NCBI GenBank assembly: GCA_030390025.1
Contig: JASTWF010000034.1
Span: forward strand, 4,526,001-4,590,000
Direction of reading: 5' to 3'
DNA length: 64,000 nt
Source of the DNA: Squalus acanthias
Taxonomy: Eukaryota
Shown one piece after another: positions 33,701 to 49,041 of this stretch; the stretch's first letter is position 1; the number at the start of each line of letters is the position of its first letter. The position numbers and the translations under genes are program-made. The notes beneath the pieces were generated by a model. That model saw only the letters and a program-made list of their open reading frames with translations. It had not been told where the DNA came from and searched no databases.

Positions 33701-36700
33701 CCACTAAACCAGCAGCTCACCTCCCCAATTAACCAGCAGCTCAGTGTCCCACTAAACCAGCAGCTCACTGGCCCACTAAACCAGCAGCTCACTGGCCCAC
33801 TAAACCAGCAGCTCACTGGCCCACTTACCCAGCAGCACACCTCCCCGCTAAACCAGCAGCTCACTGGCCCACTAAACCAGCAGCTCACTGGCCCACTTAC
33901 CCAGCAGCACACCTCCCCGCTAAACCAGCAGCTCACTGGCACACAAACAGCATCTCAACTCCCCACTAAACTAGCAGCTCACCTCCCCACTAAACCAGCA
34001 GCTCACCTCCCCACTAAACCAGCAGCTCACCTCCCCACTTAACCAGCAGCTCACTGCTCACTAAACCAGCAGCTCCCTGGCCCACTAAACCAGCAGCTCA
34101 CCGGCCAACTAAACCAGCAGCTCACCTCCACAATAAACCAGCAGCTCACTGGCCCAATAAACCAGCAGCTCACTGACCCACTAAACCAGCAGCTCACTGC
34201 CCACTTAACCAGCAGCTCACTGGCCCACTAAACCAGCAGCTCACCGGCCAACTAAACCAGCAGCTCACTGGCCCAGCAAACCAGCAGCTCACTGGCCCAC
34301 TAAACCAGCAGCTCACTGTCCCGCTCAACCAGCAGCTCAGCTCCCCACTAAACCAGCAGCTCCCTGGCCCACTAAACCAGCAGCTCACTTTCCCACTAAA
34401 CTAGCAGCTCACTGTCCCACTGAACCAGCAGCTCACTGGCCCACTAAACCAGCAGCTCAACTCCCCACTAAACCAGCAGCTCACTGGCCCACTAAACGAA
34501 CAACTGACTGGCCCACTGAACCAGCAGCTCACTGGCCCACTAAACCATTAGCCCCACTAAACCAGCAGCTCACTGGCCCACTAAACCAGCAGCTCACCGT
34601 CCCAATATACCAGCAGCTCACTGGCCCACTAGACCAGCAGCTCACTGGCCCACTAAACCAGCAGCTCACTGGCCCACTAAACCATCAGCCCCACTAAACC
34701 AGCAGCTCACTGGCCCACTAAACCAGCAGCTCACCGTCCCAATAAACCGGCAGCTCACTGGCGTACTAAACCAGCAGCTCACTGGCCCACTAATCCAGCA
34801 GCTCACTGGCCCACTAAACCAGCAGCTCACTGACACACTAAACCAGCAGCTCACTGGCCCACTAAACCAGCAGCTCACCGGCCAACTAAACCAGCAGCTC
34901 ACCTCCCCACCAAACCAGCAGCTCACTGGCCCACTAAACCAGCAGCTCACTGGCCCACTAAACCAGCAGCTCACTGGCCCACTAAACCAGCAGCTCACTG
35001 GCCCACTAAAACAGCAGCTCACTGGCCCACTAAGCCAGCAGCTCACTGGCCCACTAAACCAGCAGCTCACTGGCCCACTAAACCAGCAGCTCACTGGCCC
35101 ACTAAACCAGCAGCTCACCGGCCAACTAAACCAGCAGCTCACCTCCCCAATAAACTAGCAGCTCACCAACTCACTAAACCAGCAGCTCACCTCCCCACTA
35201 AACCAGCAGCTCCCTGGCCCACTAAACCAGCAGCTCTCCGGCCAACTAAACCAGCAGCTCACCGGCCAACTAAACCAGCAGCTCACTGCTCACTAAACCA
35301 GCAGCTCCCTGGCACACTAAACCAGCAGCTCACTGACCCACTCAACCAGCAGCTCACCGGCCCACTAAACCAGCAGCTCACTGGCCCACTAAACCAGCAG
35401 CTCCCTGGCCCACTAAACCAGCAGCTCCCTGGCCCACTAAACCAGCAGCTCCCTGGACCACTAAACCAGCAGCTCACTGGACCACTAAAAAAGCAGGTCA
35501 CTCGCCCACTAAACCAGCAGCTCACTGGCCCACTAAACCAGCAGCTCAACTGACCCACTAAACAAGCAGCTCACTGGCCCACTAAACCAGCAGCTCCCTG
35601 GCCCACTAATCCAGCAGCGCACTCCCCATTAAACCAGCAGATCACCTCCGCAGTAAACTAGCAGCTCGCTGGCCCACTAAACCAGCAGCTCACCTCCCCA
35701 CTAAACCAGCAGCTCACTGGCCCACTAAACCAGCAGCTCACTGGCCCACAACATCAGCAGCTCACTGGCCCACTAAACCAGCAGCTCACCTCCGCACTAA
35801 ACCAGCAGCTCACTGGCCCACTAAACCAGCAGCTCACCTCCCCACTAAACCAGCAGCTCACTGGCACACTAAACCAGCAGCTCACTGGCCCACTAAACCA
35901 GCAGCTCACTGGACCACTAAACCAGCAGCTCACTGGCCCACTAAACCAACAGCTCACTGTCCCGCTCAACCAGCAGCTCAGCTCCCCACTAAACCAGCAG
36001 CTCCCTGGCCCAAAAAACCAGCAGCTCACTTTCCCACTAAACTAGCAGCTCACTGTCCCACTGAACCAGCAGCTCAACTCCCCACTAAACCAGCAGCTCA
36101 CCTCCCCACTAAACCAGCAGCTCACTGGCCCACTAAACGAACAACTGACTGGCCCACTGAACCAGCAGCTCACTGGCCCACTAAACCATCAGCCCCACTA
36201 AACCAGCAGCTCACTGGCCCACTAAACCAGCAGCTCACCGTCCCAATATACCAGCAGCTCACCTCCCCACTACACCAGCAGCTCCCTGGCTCACTACACC
36301 AGCAGCTCACTGGCCCACTAAATCAGCAGCTCACCTCCCCACTAAACCAGAAGCTCACTGGCCCACTAAACGAACAGCTCACTGGCCCACTGAACCAGCA
36401 GCTCACTGGCCCACTAAACCATCAGCCCCACTAAACCAGCAGCTCACTGGCCCACTAAACCAGCAGCTCACCGTCCCAATAAACCGGCAGCTCACTGGCG
36501 TACTAAACCAGCAGCTCACTGGCCCACTAAACCAGCAGCTAACTGGCCCACTAAACCAGCAGCTAACTGGCCCACTAAACCAGCAGCTCACTGGCGTACT
36601 AAACCAGCAGCTCACTGGCCCACTAAACCAGCAGCTCACAGGCCCACTAAACCAGCAGCTCACTGGCCCACTAAACCAGCAGCTCACTGACACACTAAAC

Positions 36701-39700
36701 CAGCAGCTCACTGGCCCAATAAACCAGCAGCTCACCTCCCAACTAAACCAGCAGCTCACTGCCCTACTAAACCAGCAGCTCACTGGCCCACTAAGCCAGC
36801 AGCTCACTGGCCCACTAAACCAGCAGCTCACCTCCCCAATAAACCAGCAGCTCACAGCCGTACTAAACCAGCAGCTCACTGGCCCACTACACCAGCAGCT
36901 CACTTCCCCACTAAACCAGCAGCTCACTGCCCTACTAAACCAGCAGCTCACTGGCGCACTAAACCATCAGCTCACTGGCCCACTAAACCAGCAGCTCACT
37001 GCCCCAATAAACCAGCAGCACACTGGCCCACTAAACGAACTGCTCACCTCCCCAATAAACCAGCAGCTCACCTCCCCACTAAACCAGCAGCTCACCTCAT
37101 CACTTTACCAGCAGCTCACTGGCCCACTATACCAGCAGCTCACTGGTGCACTAAACCAGCAGCTCACCGCCCCACGAAACCAGCAGCTCACTGACCCACT
37201 AAACCAGCAGCTCACTGGCCCACTAAACCAGCAGCTCACTGGCCCACCAAATCAGCAGCTCACTGCTCCACTAAACCAGCAGCTCACTGGCCCACTGAAC
37301 CAGCAGCTCACTGGCCCACTAAACCAGCAGCTCAGCTCCCCCACTAAACCAGCAGCTCACTGGCCCACTAAACCAGCAGCTCACTGGCCCACTAAACCAG
37401 CAGCTCACTGGCCCACTAAACCAACAGCTCACTGTCCCACGAAACCAGCAGTTCACTGGCAACTCAACCAGCAGCTCACTGGCCCACTAAACCAGCAGCT
37501 CACTGGTCCACTAAACCAGCAGCTCACTGGCCAACTCAACTAGCAGCTCACTGGCCCACTAAACCAGCAGCTCACTGGCACACTAAACCAGCAGCTCACT
37601 GGCCCACTCAAACAGAAGCTCACTGGCCTACTAAACCAGCGGCTCACTGGCCCACTAAACCATCAGCTCCCTAGCCCACTAAACCAGCAGCTCACTGGCC
37701 CACTAAACCAGCACCTCACTGGGCCACTCAATCAGCAGCTCACTGCTCCGCTAAACCATCAGCTCACTGGCCCACTAAACCAGCAGCTCACCTGGCCCAA
37801 TAAACCAGCAGCTCAGTGGCCCACTAAACCAGCAGCTCACTGGCCCAGTTAACCTGCAACTCACTGGCCCACTAAACCAGCAGCTCACTGGCCCACTAAA
37901 CCAGCAGCTCACTGGCCCACTCAACCAGCAGCTCACCAGGCCCACTCAACCAGCAGCTCACTGGCCCACTAAACCATCAGCTCACTGGCCCACTAAACCA
38001 GCAGCTCACCTGGCCCAATAAACCAGCAGCTCAGTGGCCCACTAAACCAGCAGCTCACTGGCCCAGTTAACCTGCAACTCACTGGCCCACTAAACCAGCA
38101 GCTCACTGGCCCACTAAACCAGCAGCTCACTGGCCCACTCAACCAGCAGCTCACTGGCCCACTCAACCAGCAGCTCACTGGCCCACTCAACCAGCAGCTC
38201 ACTGGCCCACTAAACCATCAGCTCACTGGCCCACTAAACCAGCAGCTCACTGGCCCACTAAACCAGCAGCTCACCTCCCCACTAAACCAGAAGATCACTG
38301 GCCCACTAAATCAGCAGCTCACTGGCCCACTCAAGCAGCAGCTCACTGGCCCACTAAACCATCAGCCCCACTAAACCAGCAGCTCACTGGCCCACTAAAC
38401 CAGCAGCTCACCGTCCCAATAAACCGGCAGCTCACTGGCGTACTAAACCAGCAGCTCACTGGCCCACTAACCCAGCAGCTAACTGGCCCACTAAAGCAGC
38501 AGCTCACTGACACACTAAACCAAGAGCTCCCTGGCCCACTAAACCAGCAGCTCACTGGCCCACTAAACCAGCAGCTCACTGGCCCACTAAACCAGCAGCT
38601 CACTGACACACTAAACCAGCAGCTCACTGGCCCACTAAACCAGCAGCTCACCGGCCAACTAAACCAGCAGCTCACCTCCCCAATAAACTAGCTGCTCACT
38701 GGCCCACTAAACTAGCAGCTCACTGGTCCACTAAACCAGCAGCTCACTGGCCCACTAAACCAGCAGCTCACTGGCCCACTAAACCAGCAGCTCACTGGCC
38801 CACTAAACCAGCAGCTCACTGGCCCACTAAACCAGCAGCTCACTGGCCCACTAAACCAGCAGCTCACTGGCCCAATAAACCAGCAGCTCACTGGCCCACT
38901 AAACCAGCAGCTCACTGGCCCACTAAACCAGCAGCTCACTGGCCCACTAAACCAGCAGCTCACTGGCCCACTAAACCAGCAGCTCACTGGCCCACTAAAC
39001 CAGCAGCTCACTGGCCCACTATACCTGCAGCTCACTGGCCCACTAAACCAGCAGCTCCCTGGCCCACAAATCCAGCAGTGCACTCCCCATTAAACCAGCA
39101 GCTCACCTCCACAGTAAACTAGCAGCTCGCTGGCCCACTAAACCAGCAGCTCACCTCCCCACTAAACCATCAGCTCACTGGCCCACTAAACCAGCAGCTC
39201 ACTGGCCCACAACATCAGCAGCTCACTGGCCCACTAAACCAGCAGCTCACCTCCGCACTAAACCAGCAGCTCACTGGCCCACTAAACCAGCAGCTCACTG
39301 GCCCACTAAATCAGCAGCTCACTGGCCCACTAAACCAGCAACTCACCTCCCCACTAAACCAGCAGCTCACCTCCCCACTAAACCAGCAGCTCACTGGCAC
39401 ACTAAACCAGCACCTCACAGGCTCACTAAACCAGCAGCTCACTGGCCCACTAAACCAGCAGCTCACTGTCCCGCTCAACCAGCAGCTCAGCTCCCCACTA
39501 AACCAGCAGCTCCCTGGCCCACTAAACCAGCAGCTCACTTTCCCACTAAACTAGCAGCTCACTGTCCCACTGAACCAGCAGCTCAACTCCCCACTAAACC
39601 AGCAGCTCACCTCCCCACTAAACCAGCAGCTCACTGGCCCACTAAACGAACAACTGACTGGCCCACTGAACCAGCAGCTCACTGGCCCACTAAACCAGCA

Positions 39701-42700
39701 GCTCACCGTCCCAATATACCAGCAGCTCACTGGCCCACTAGACCAGCAGCTCACTGGCCCACTAAACCAGCAGCTCACTGGCCCAATAAACCATCAGCTC
39801 ACCTCCCCACTAAACCAGCGGCTCCCTGGCCCACTACACCAGCAGCTCACTGGCCCACTAAATCAGCAGCTCACCTCCCCACTAAACCAGAAGCTCACTG
39901 GCCCACTAAACGAAAAGCTCACTGGCGCACTGAACCAGCAGCTCACTGGCCCACTAAACCATCAGCCCCACTAAACCAGCAGCTCACTGGCACACTAAAC
40001 CAGCAGCTCACCGTCCCAATAAACCGGCAGCTCACTGGCATACTAAACCAGCAGCTCACTGGCCCACTAAACCAGCAGCTAACTGGCCCACTAAACCAGC
40101 AGCTCACTGACACACTAAACCAGCAGCTCACTGGCCCACTAAACCAGCAGCTCACTGACACACTAAACCAGCAGCTCACTGGCCCAATAAACCAGCAGCT
40201 CACCTCCCAACTAAACCAGCAGCTCACTGGCCCACTAAGCCAGCAGCTCACTGGCCCACTAAACCAGCAGCTCACCTCCCCAATAAACCAGCAGCTCACA
40301 GCCCTACTAAACCAGCAGCTCACTGGCCCACTACACCAGCAGCTCACCTCCCCACTAAACCAGCAGCTCACTGCCCTACTAAACCAGCAGCTCACTGGCG
40401 CACTAAACCATCAGCTCACTGGCCCACTAAACCAGCAGCTCATTGGCCCACTAAACCAGCAGCTCCCTGGCCCACTAAACCAGCAGCTCCCTGGCCCACT
40501 AAACCAGCAGCTCCCTGGACCACTAAACCAGCAGCTCACTGGACCACTAAAAAAGCAGGTCACTCGCCCACTAAACCAGCAGCTCACTGGCCCACTAAAC
40601 CAGCAGCTCAACTGACCCACTAAACAAGCAGCTCACTGGCCCACTAAACCAGCAGCTCCCTGGCCCACTAATCCAGCAGCGCACTCCCCATTAAACCAGC
40701 AGATCACCTCCGCAGTAAACTAGCAGCTCGCTGGCCCACTAAACCAGCAGCTCACCTCCCCACTAAACCAGCAGCTCACTGGCCCACTAAACCAGCAGCT
40801 CACTGGCCCACAACATCAGCAGCTCACTGGCCCACTAAACCAGCAGCTCACCTCCTCACTAAACCAGCAGCTCACTGGCCCACTAAACCAGCAGCTCACC
40901 TCACCACTAAACCAGCAGCTCACTGGCACACTAAACCAGCAGCTCACTGGCCCACTAAACCAGCAGCTCACTGGCCCACTAAATCAGCAGCTCACTGGCA
41001 CCCTAAACCAACAGCTCACTGTCCCGCTCAACCAGCAGCTCAGCTCCCCACTAAACCACCAGCTCCCTGGCCCAAAAAACCAGCAGCTCACTTTCCCACT
41101 AAACTAGCAGCTCACTGTCCCACTGAACCAGCAGCTCAACTCCCCACTAAACCAGCAGCTCACCTCCCCACTAAACCAGCAGCTCACTGGCCCACTAAAC
41201 GAACAACTGACTGGCCCACTGAACCAGCAGCTCACTGGCCCACTAAACCATCAGCCCCAGTAAACCAGCAGCTCACTGGCCCACTAAACCAGCAGCTCAC
41301 CGTCCCAATATACCAGCAGCTCACTGGCCCACTAGACCAGCAGCTCACTGGCCCACTAAACCAGCAGCTCACTGGCCCAATAAACCATCAGCTCACCTCC
41401 CCACTACACCAGCAGCTCCCTGGCCCACTAAACGAACAGCTCACTGGCCCACTGAACCAGCAGCTCACTGGCCCACTAAACCATCAGCCCCACTAAACCA
41501 GCAGCTCACTGGCCCACTAAACCAGCAGCTCACCGTCCCAATAAACCGGCAGCTCACTGGCGTACTAAACCAGCAGCTCACTGGCCCACTAAACCAGCAG
41601 CTAACTGGCCCACTAAACCAGCAGCTAACTGGCCCACTAAACCAGCAGCTCACTGGCGTACTAAACCAGCAGCTCACTGGCCCACTAAACCAGCAGCTCA
41701 CAGGTCCACTAAACCAGCAGCTCACTGGCCCACTAAACCAGCAGCTCACTGACACACTAAACCAGCAGCTCACTGGCCCAATAAACCAGCAGCTCACCTC
41801 CCAACTAAACCTGCAGCTCACTGCCCTACTAAACCAGCAGCTCACTGGCCCACTAAGCCAGCAGCTCACTGGCCCACTAAACCAGCAGCTCACCTCCCCA
41901 ATAAACCAGCAGCTCACAGCCGTACTAAACCAGCAGCTCACTGGCCCACTACACCAGCAGCTCACTTCCCCACTAAACCAGCAGCTCACTGCCCTACTAA
42001 ACTAGCAGCTCACTGGCGCACTAAACCATCAGCTCACTGGCCCACTAAACCAGCAGCTCACTGCCCCAATAAACCAGCAGCTCACTGGCCCACTAAACCA
42101 GCAGCTCACTGGCCCACTAAACCAGCAGCACACTGGCCCACTAAACGAACTGCTCACCTCCCCAATAAACCAGCAGCTCACCTCCCCACTAAACCAGCAG
42201 CTCACCTCCCCACTAACCCAGCAGCTCACAGCCGTACTAAACCAGCAGCTCACTGGCCCACTACACCAGCAGCTCACTTCCCCACTAAACCAGCAGCTCA
42301 CTGCCCTACTAAACCAGCAGCTCACTGCCCCAATAAACCAGCAGCTCACTGGCCCACTAAACCAGCAGCTCACTGGCCCACTAAACCAGCAGCACACTGG
42401 CCCACTAAACGAACTGCTCACCTCCCCAATAAACCAGCAGCTCACCTCCCCACTAAACCAGCAGCACACTGGCCCACTAAACGAACAGCTCACCTCCCCA
42501 ATAAACCAACAGCTCACCTCCCCACTAAACCAGCAGCTCACCTCCCCACTAAACCAGCAGCTCACCTCCCCACTAAACCAGCAGCTCACCTCATCACTAA
42601 ACCAGCAGCTCACTGACCCACTAAACCAGCAGCTCACTGGCCCACTAAACCAGCAGCTCACTGGCCCACCAAATCAGCAGCTCACTGCTCCACTAAACCA

Positions 42701-45700
42701 GCAGCTCACTGGCCCACTGAACCAGCAGCTCACTGGCCCACTAAACCAGCAGCTCAGCTCCCCCACTAAACCAGCAGCTCACTGGCCCACTAAACCAGCA
42801 GCTCACTGGCCCACTAAACCAGCAGCTCACTGGCCCACTAAACCAACAGCTCACTGTCCCATGAAACCAGCAGTTCTCTGGCAACTCAACCAGCAGCTCA
42901 CTGGCCCACTAAACCAGCAGCTCACTGGCCAACTCAACTAGCAGCTCACTGGCCCACTAAACCAGCAGCTCACTGGCCCACTAAACCAGCAGCTCACTGG
43001 CCCACTAAACCAGCAGCTCACTGGCCCACTCAACCAGCAGCTCACCTCCCCACTAAACCAGCAGCTCACTGGCCCACTAAATCAGCAGCTCACTGGCCCA
43101 CTCAACCAGCAGCTCCCCTCCACAGTAAACTAGCAGCTCACTGGCCCACTAAACCAGCAGCTCACTGGCCCACTAAACCAGCAGCTCACACGCACACTAA
43201 ACCAGCAGCTCACTGGCCCACTAAACCAGCAGCTCACTGTCCCACTAAACCAGCAGCACACTGTCCCACGGAACAAGCAGCTCACCTCCCCACTAAACCA
43301 GCAGCTCACTGACCTACTAAACCAGCAGCTCACTGGCACACTAAACCAGCAGCTCACTGGCCCACTCAAACAGAAGCTCACTGGCCTACTAAACCAGCGG
43401 CTCACTGGCCCACTAAACCATTAGCTCCCTGGCCCACTAAACCAGCAGCTCACTGGCCCACTAAACCAGCACCTCACTGGGCCACTCAATCAGCAGCTCA
43501 CTGCTCCGCATAACCATCAGCTCACTGGCCCACTAAACCAGCAGCTCACCTGGCCCAATAAACCAGCAGCTCCGTGGCCCACTAAACCAGCAGCTCACTG
43601 GCACAGTTAACCTGCAACTCACTGGCCCACTAAACCAGCAGCTCACTGGCCCACTAAACCAGCAGCTCACTGGCCCACTCAACCAGTAGCTCACTGGCCC
43701 ACTAAACCAGCAGCTCACTGGCCCACTCAACCAGTAGCTCACTGGCCCACTCAACGAGCAGCTCACTGGCCCACTAAACCATCAGCTCACTGGCCCACTA
43801 AACCAGCAGCTCACCTGGCCCAATAAACCAGCAGCTCAGTGGCCCACTAAACCAGCAGCTCACTGGTCCAGTTAACCTGCAACTCACTGGCCCACTAAAC
43901 CAGCAGCTCACTGGCCCACTAAACCAGCAGCTCACTGGCCCACTCAACCAGCAGCTCACTGGCCCACTAAACCAGCAGCTCACTGGCCCACTCAACCAGC
44001 AGCTCACTGGCCCACTCAACCAGCAGCTCACTGGCCCACTAAACCATCAGCTCACTGGCCCACTAAACCATCAGCTCACTGGCCCACTAAACCAGCAGCT
44101 CACTGGCCCACTAAACCAGCAGCTCACCTCCCCACTAAACCAGAAGCTCACTGGCCCACTAAATCAGCAACTCACTGGCCCACTCAACCAGCAGCTCACT
44201 GGCCCACTAAACCATCAGCCCCACTAAACCAGCAGCTCACTGGCCCACTAAACCAGCAGCTCACCGCCCCAATAAACCGGCAGCTCACTGGCGTACTAAA
44301 CCAGCAGCTCACTGGCCCACTAAACCAGCAGCTAACTGGCCCACTAAAGCAGCAGCTCACTGACACACTAAACCAAGAGCTCCCTGGCCCACTAAACCAG
44401 CAGCTCACTGGCCCACTAAACCAGCAGCTCACTGGCCCACTAAACCAGCAGCTCACTGGCCCACTAAACCAGCAGCTCACTGGCCCACTAAACCAGCAGC
44501 TCACTGGCCCACTAAACCAGCAGCTCACTGGCCCACTTATCCAGCAGCTCACTGGCCCACTAAACCAGCAGCTCACTGGCCCACTAAACCAGCAGCTCAC
44601 TGGCCCACTAAACCAGCAGCTCACTGGCCCACTAAACCAGCAGCTCACTGGCCCACTAAACCAGCAGCTCACTGGCCCACTAAACCAGCAACTCACTGGC
44701 CCACTAAACCAGCAGCTCCCTGGCCCACAAATCCAGCAGCGCACTCCCCATTAAACCAGCAGCTCACCTCCACAGTAAACTAGCAGCTCGCTGGCCCACT
44801 AAACCAGCAGCTCACCTCCCCACTAAACCAGCAGCTCACTGGCCCACTAAACCAGCAGCTCACTGGCCCACAACATCAGCAGCTCACTGTCCCACTAAAC
44901 CAGCAGCTCACCTCCGCACTAAACCAGCAGCTCACTGGCCCACTAAACCAGCAGCTCACTGGCCCACTAAATCAGCAGCTCACTGGCCCACTAAACCAGC
45001 AACTCACCTCCCCACTAAACAGCAGCTCACCTCCCCACTAAACCAGCAGCTCACTGGCACACTAAACCAGCACCTCACAGGCCAACTAAACCAGCAGCTC
45101 ACTGGCCCACTAAACCAGCAGCTCACTATCCCGCTCAACCAGCAGCTCAGCTCCCCACTAAACCAGCAGCTCCCTGGCCCACTAAACCAGCAGCTCACTT
45201 TCCCACTAAACTAGCAGCTCACTGTCCCACTGAACCAGCAGCTCAACTCCCCACTAAACCAGCAGCTCACCTCCCAACTAAACCAGCAGCTCACTGGCCC
45301 ATTAAACGAACAACTGACTGGCCCACTGAACCAGCAGCTCACTGGCCCAATAAACCAGCAGCTCACCGTCCCAATACACCAGCAGCTCACTGGCCCACTA
45401 GACCAGCAGCTCACTGGCCCACTAAACCAGCAGCTCACTGGCCCAATAAACCATCAGCTCACCTCCCCACTAAACCAGCAGCTCCCTGGCCCACTACACC
45501 AGCAGCTCACTGGCCCACTAAATCAGCAGCTCACCTCCCCACTAAACCAGAAGCTCACTGGCCCACTAAACGAACAGCTCACTGGCCCACTGAACCAGCA
45601 GCTCACTGGCCCACTAAACCATCAGCCCCACTAAACCAGCAGCTCACTGGCCCACTAAACCAGCAGCTCACCGTCCCAATAAACTGGCAGCTCACTGGCG

Positions 45701-48700
45701 TACTAAACCAGCAGCTCACTGGCCCACTAAACCAGCAGCTAACTGGCCCACTAAAGCAGCAGCTCACTGACACACTAAACCAAGAGCTCCCTGGCCCACT
45801 AAACCAGCAGCTCACTGGCCCACTAAACCAGCAGCTCACTGGCCCACTAAACCAGCAGCTCACTGACACACTAAACCAGCAGCTCACTGGCCCACTAAAC
45901 CAGCAGCTCACCGGCCAACTAAACCAGCAGCTCACCTCCCCAATAAACTTGCTGCTCACTGGCCCACTAAACTAGCAGCTCACTGGCCCACTAAACCAGC
46001 AGCTCACTGGCCCACTGAACCAGCAGCTCACTGGCCCACTAAACCAGCAGCTCACTGGCCCACTAAACCAGCAGCTCACTGGCCCACTAAACCAGCAGCT
46101 CACTGGCCCACTAAACCAGCAGCTCACTGGCCCACTAAACCAGCAGCTCACTGGCCCACTAAACCAGCAGCTCACTGGCCCACTAAACCAGCAGCTCACT
46201 GGCCCACTAAACCAGCAGCTCACTGGCCCACTAAACCAGCAGCTCACTGGCCCACTAAACCAGCAGCTCCCTGGCCCACAAATCCAGCAGCGCACTCCCC
46301 ATTAAACCAGCAGCTCACCTCCACAGTAAACTAGCAGCTCGCTGGCCCACTAAACCAGCAGCTCACCTCCCCACTAAACCAGCAGCTCACTGGCCCACTA
46401 AACCAGCAGCTCACTGGCCCACAACATCAGCAGCTCACTGTCCCACTAAACCAGCAGCTCACCTCCGCACTAAACCAGCAGCTCACTGGCCCACTAAACC
46501 AGCAGCTCACTGGCCCACTAAATCAGCAGCTCACTGGCCCACTAAACCAGCAACTCACCTCCCCACTAAACCAGCAGCTCACCTCCCCACTAAACCAGGA
46601 GCTCACTGGCACACTAAACCAGCACCTCACAGGCCCACTAAACCAGCAGCTCACTGGCCCACTAAACCAGCAGCTCACTATCCCGCTCAACCAGCAGCTC
46701 AGCTCCCCACTAAACCAGCAGCTCCCTGGCCCACTAAACCAGCAGCTCACTTTCCCACTAAACTAGCAGCTCACTGTCCCACTGAACCAGCAGCTCAACT
46801 CCCCACTAAACCAGCAGCTCACCTCCCAACTAAACCAGCAGCTCACTGGCCCATTAAACGAACAACTGACTGGCCCACTGAACCAGCAGCTCACTGGCCC
46901 AATAAACCAGCAGCTCACCGTCCCAATACACCAGCAGCTCACTGGCCCACTAGACCAGCAGCTCACTGGCCCACTAAACCAGCAGCTCACTGGCCCAATA
47001 AACCATCAGCTCACCTCCCCACTAAACCAGCAGCTCCCTGGCCCACTACACCAGCAGCTCACTGGCCCACTAAATCAGCAGCTCACCTCCCCACTAAACC
47101 AGAAGCTCACTGGCCCACTAAACGAACAGCTCACTGGCCCACTGAACCAGCAGCTCACTGGCCCACTAAACCATCAGCCCCACTAAACCAGCAGCTCACT
47201 GGCACACTAAACCAGCAGCTCACCGTCCCAATAAACCGGCAGCTCACTGGCGTACTAAACCAGCAGCTCACTGGCCCACTAAACCAGCAGCTAACTGGCC
47301 CACTAAACCAGCAGCTCACTAACACACTAAACCATCAGCTCACTGGCCCACTAAACCAGCAGCTCACTGACACACTAAACCAGCAGCTCACTGGCCCAAT
47401 AAACCAGCAGCTCACCTCCCAACTAAACCAGCAGCTCACTGGCCTACTAAACCAGCAGCTCACTGGCCCACTAAGCCAGCAGCTCACTGGCCCACTAAAC
47501 CAGCAGCTCACCTCCCCAATAAACCAGCAGCTCACAGCCCTACTAAACCAGCAGCTCACTGGCCCACTACACCAGCAGCTCACCTCCCCACTAAACCAGC
47601 AGCTCACTGCCCTACTAAACCAGCAGCTCACTGGCCCACTAAACCAGCAGCTCACTGGCCCACTAAACCAGCAGCTCACTGGCCCACTAAACCAGCAGCT
47701 CACTGTCCCACTAAACCAGCAGCTCACTGGCCCACTAAACCAGCAGCTCACTGGCCCACTAAACCAGCAGCTCACTGGCCCACTAAACCAGCAGCTCACT
47801 GGCCCACTAAACCAGCAGCTCACTGGCCCACTAAACCAGCAGCTCACTGGCCCACTAAACCAGCAGCTCACTGGCCCACTAAACCAGCAGCTCACTGGCC
47901 CACTAAACCAGCATCTCACTGGCCCACTAAACCAGCAGCACACTGGCCCACTAAACGAACTGCTCACCTCCCCAATAAACCAGCAGCTCACCTCCCCACT
48001 AAACGAACAGCTCACCTCCCCAATAAACCAGCAGCTCACCTCCCCACTAAACCAGCAGCTCACCTCCACAGTAAACCAGCAGCTCACCTCATCACTAAAC
48101 CAGCAGCTCACTGGCCCACTCAACCAGCAGCTCACTGGCCCACTCAAACAGCAGCTCACTGGCCCACTATACCAGCAGCTCACTGGCCCACTAAACCAGC
48201 AGCTCACTGGCCCACGAAACAAGCAGTTCACTGGCCCACTAAACCAGCAGCTCACTGGATCACTAAACCAGCAGCTCACTGGCCCACTAAACCAGCAGCT
48301 CACTGGATCACTAAACCAGCAGCTCACTGGCCCACTAAACCAGCAGCTCACTGGCCCACTAAACCAGCAGCTCACTGGCCCACTAAACCAGCAGCTCACT
48401 GGCCCACTAAACCAGCAGCTCACTGGCCCACTAAACCAGCAGCTCACTGGCCCACTAAACCAGCAGCTCACTGGCCCACTAAACCAGCAGCTCACTGGCC
48501 CACTAAACCAGCAGCTCACTGGCTCACTAAACCAGCAGCTCACTGGCCCACTAAACCAGCAGCTCACTGGCCCACTAAACCAGCAGCTCGCTACCCCCCT
48601 AAACCAGCAGCTCGCCAGCCCACTAAACCAGCAGCTCGCCGACCCACTAAACCAGCAGCTCGCCGGCCCACTAAACCAGCAGCTCGCCGGCCCACTAAAC

Positions 48701-48970
48701 CAGCAGCTTGCCGCCCCACTAAACCAGCAGCTCACCGGCCCACTAAACCAGCAGCTCACCGCCCCACTAAACCAGCAGCTCACCGGCCCACTAAACCAGC
48801 AGCTCACCTCCCCACTAAACCAACAGCTCACCGCCCCACTAAACCAACAGCTCACCTCCCCACTAAACGAACAGCTCACTCGCCCACTAAGCCAAAAGCT
48901 CACTGGCCCACTAAACCAGCAGTTGTTTGGCCCACTAATCCAGCAGCTCAACTCCCCACTAAACCAGAAA
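27745..48970. repeat. ~21-kb satellite array, 24-bp monomer CCACTAAACCAGCAGCTCACTGGC (~880 units by length/24)
   Basis: Continuous tandem units with recurrent variants. Confidence 0.98.
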
Positions 48971-49041
48971 CTGCTCGCCTTCCGAGTGAATCTGAGTGTT
49001 ACACTGACGGGTGTGGGGTATGTCAGTGTTACAGTGAGGGG

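Noticed and set aside
27745..48970. CRISPR-like appearance (constant 16 nt plus variable 8 nt)
   Set aside because: The variable parts are point variants of one sequence, not unique spacers. The context is eukaryotic and there are no cas genes.
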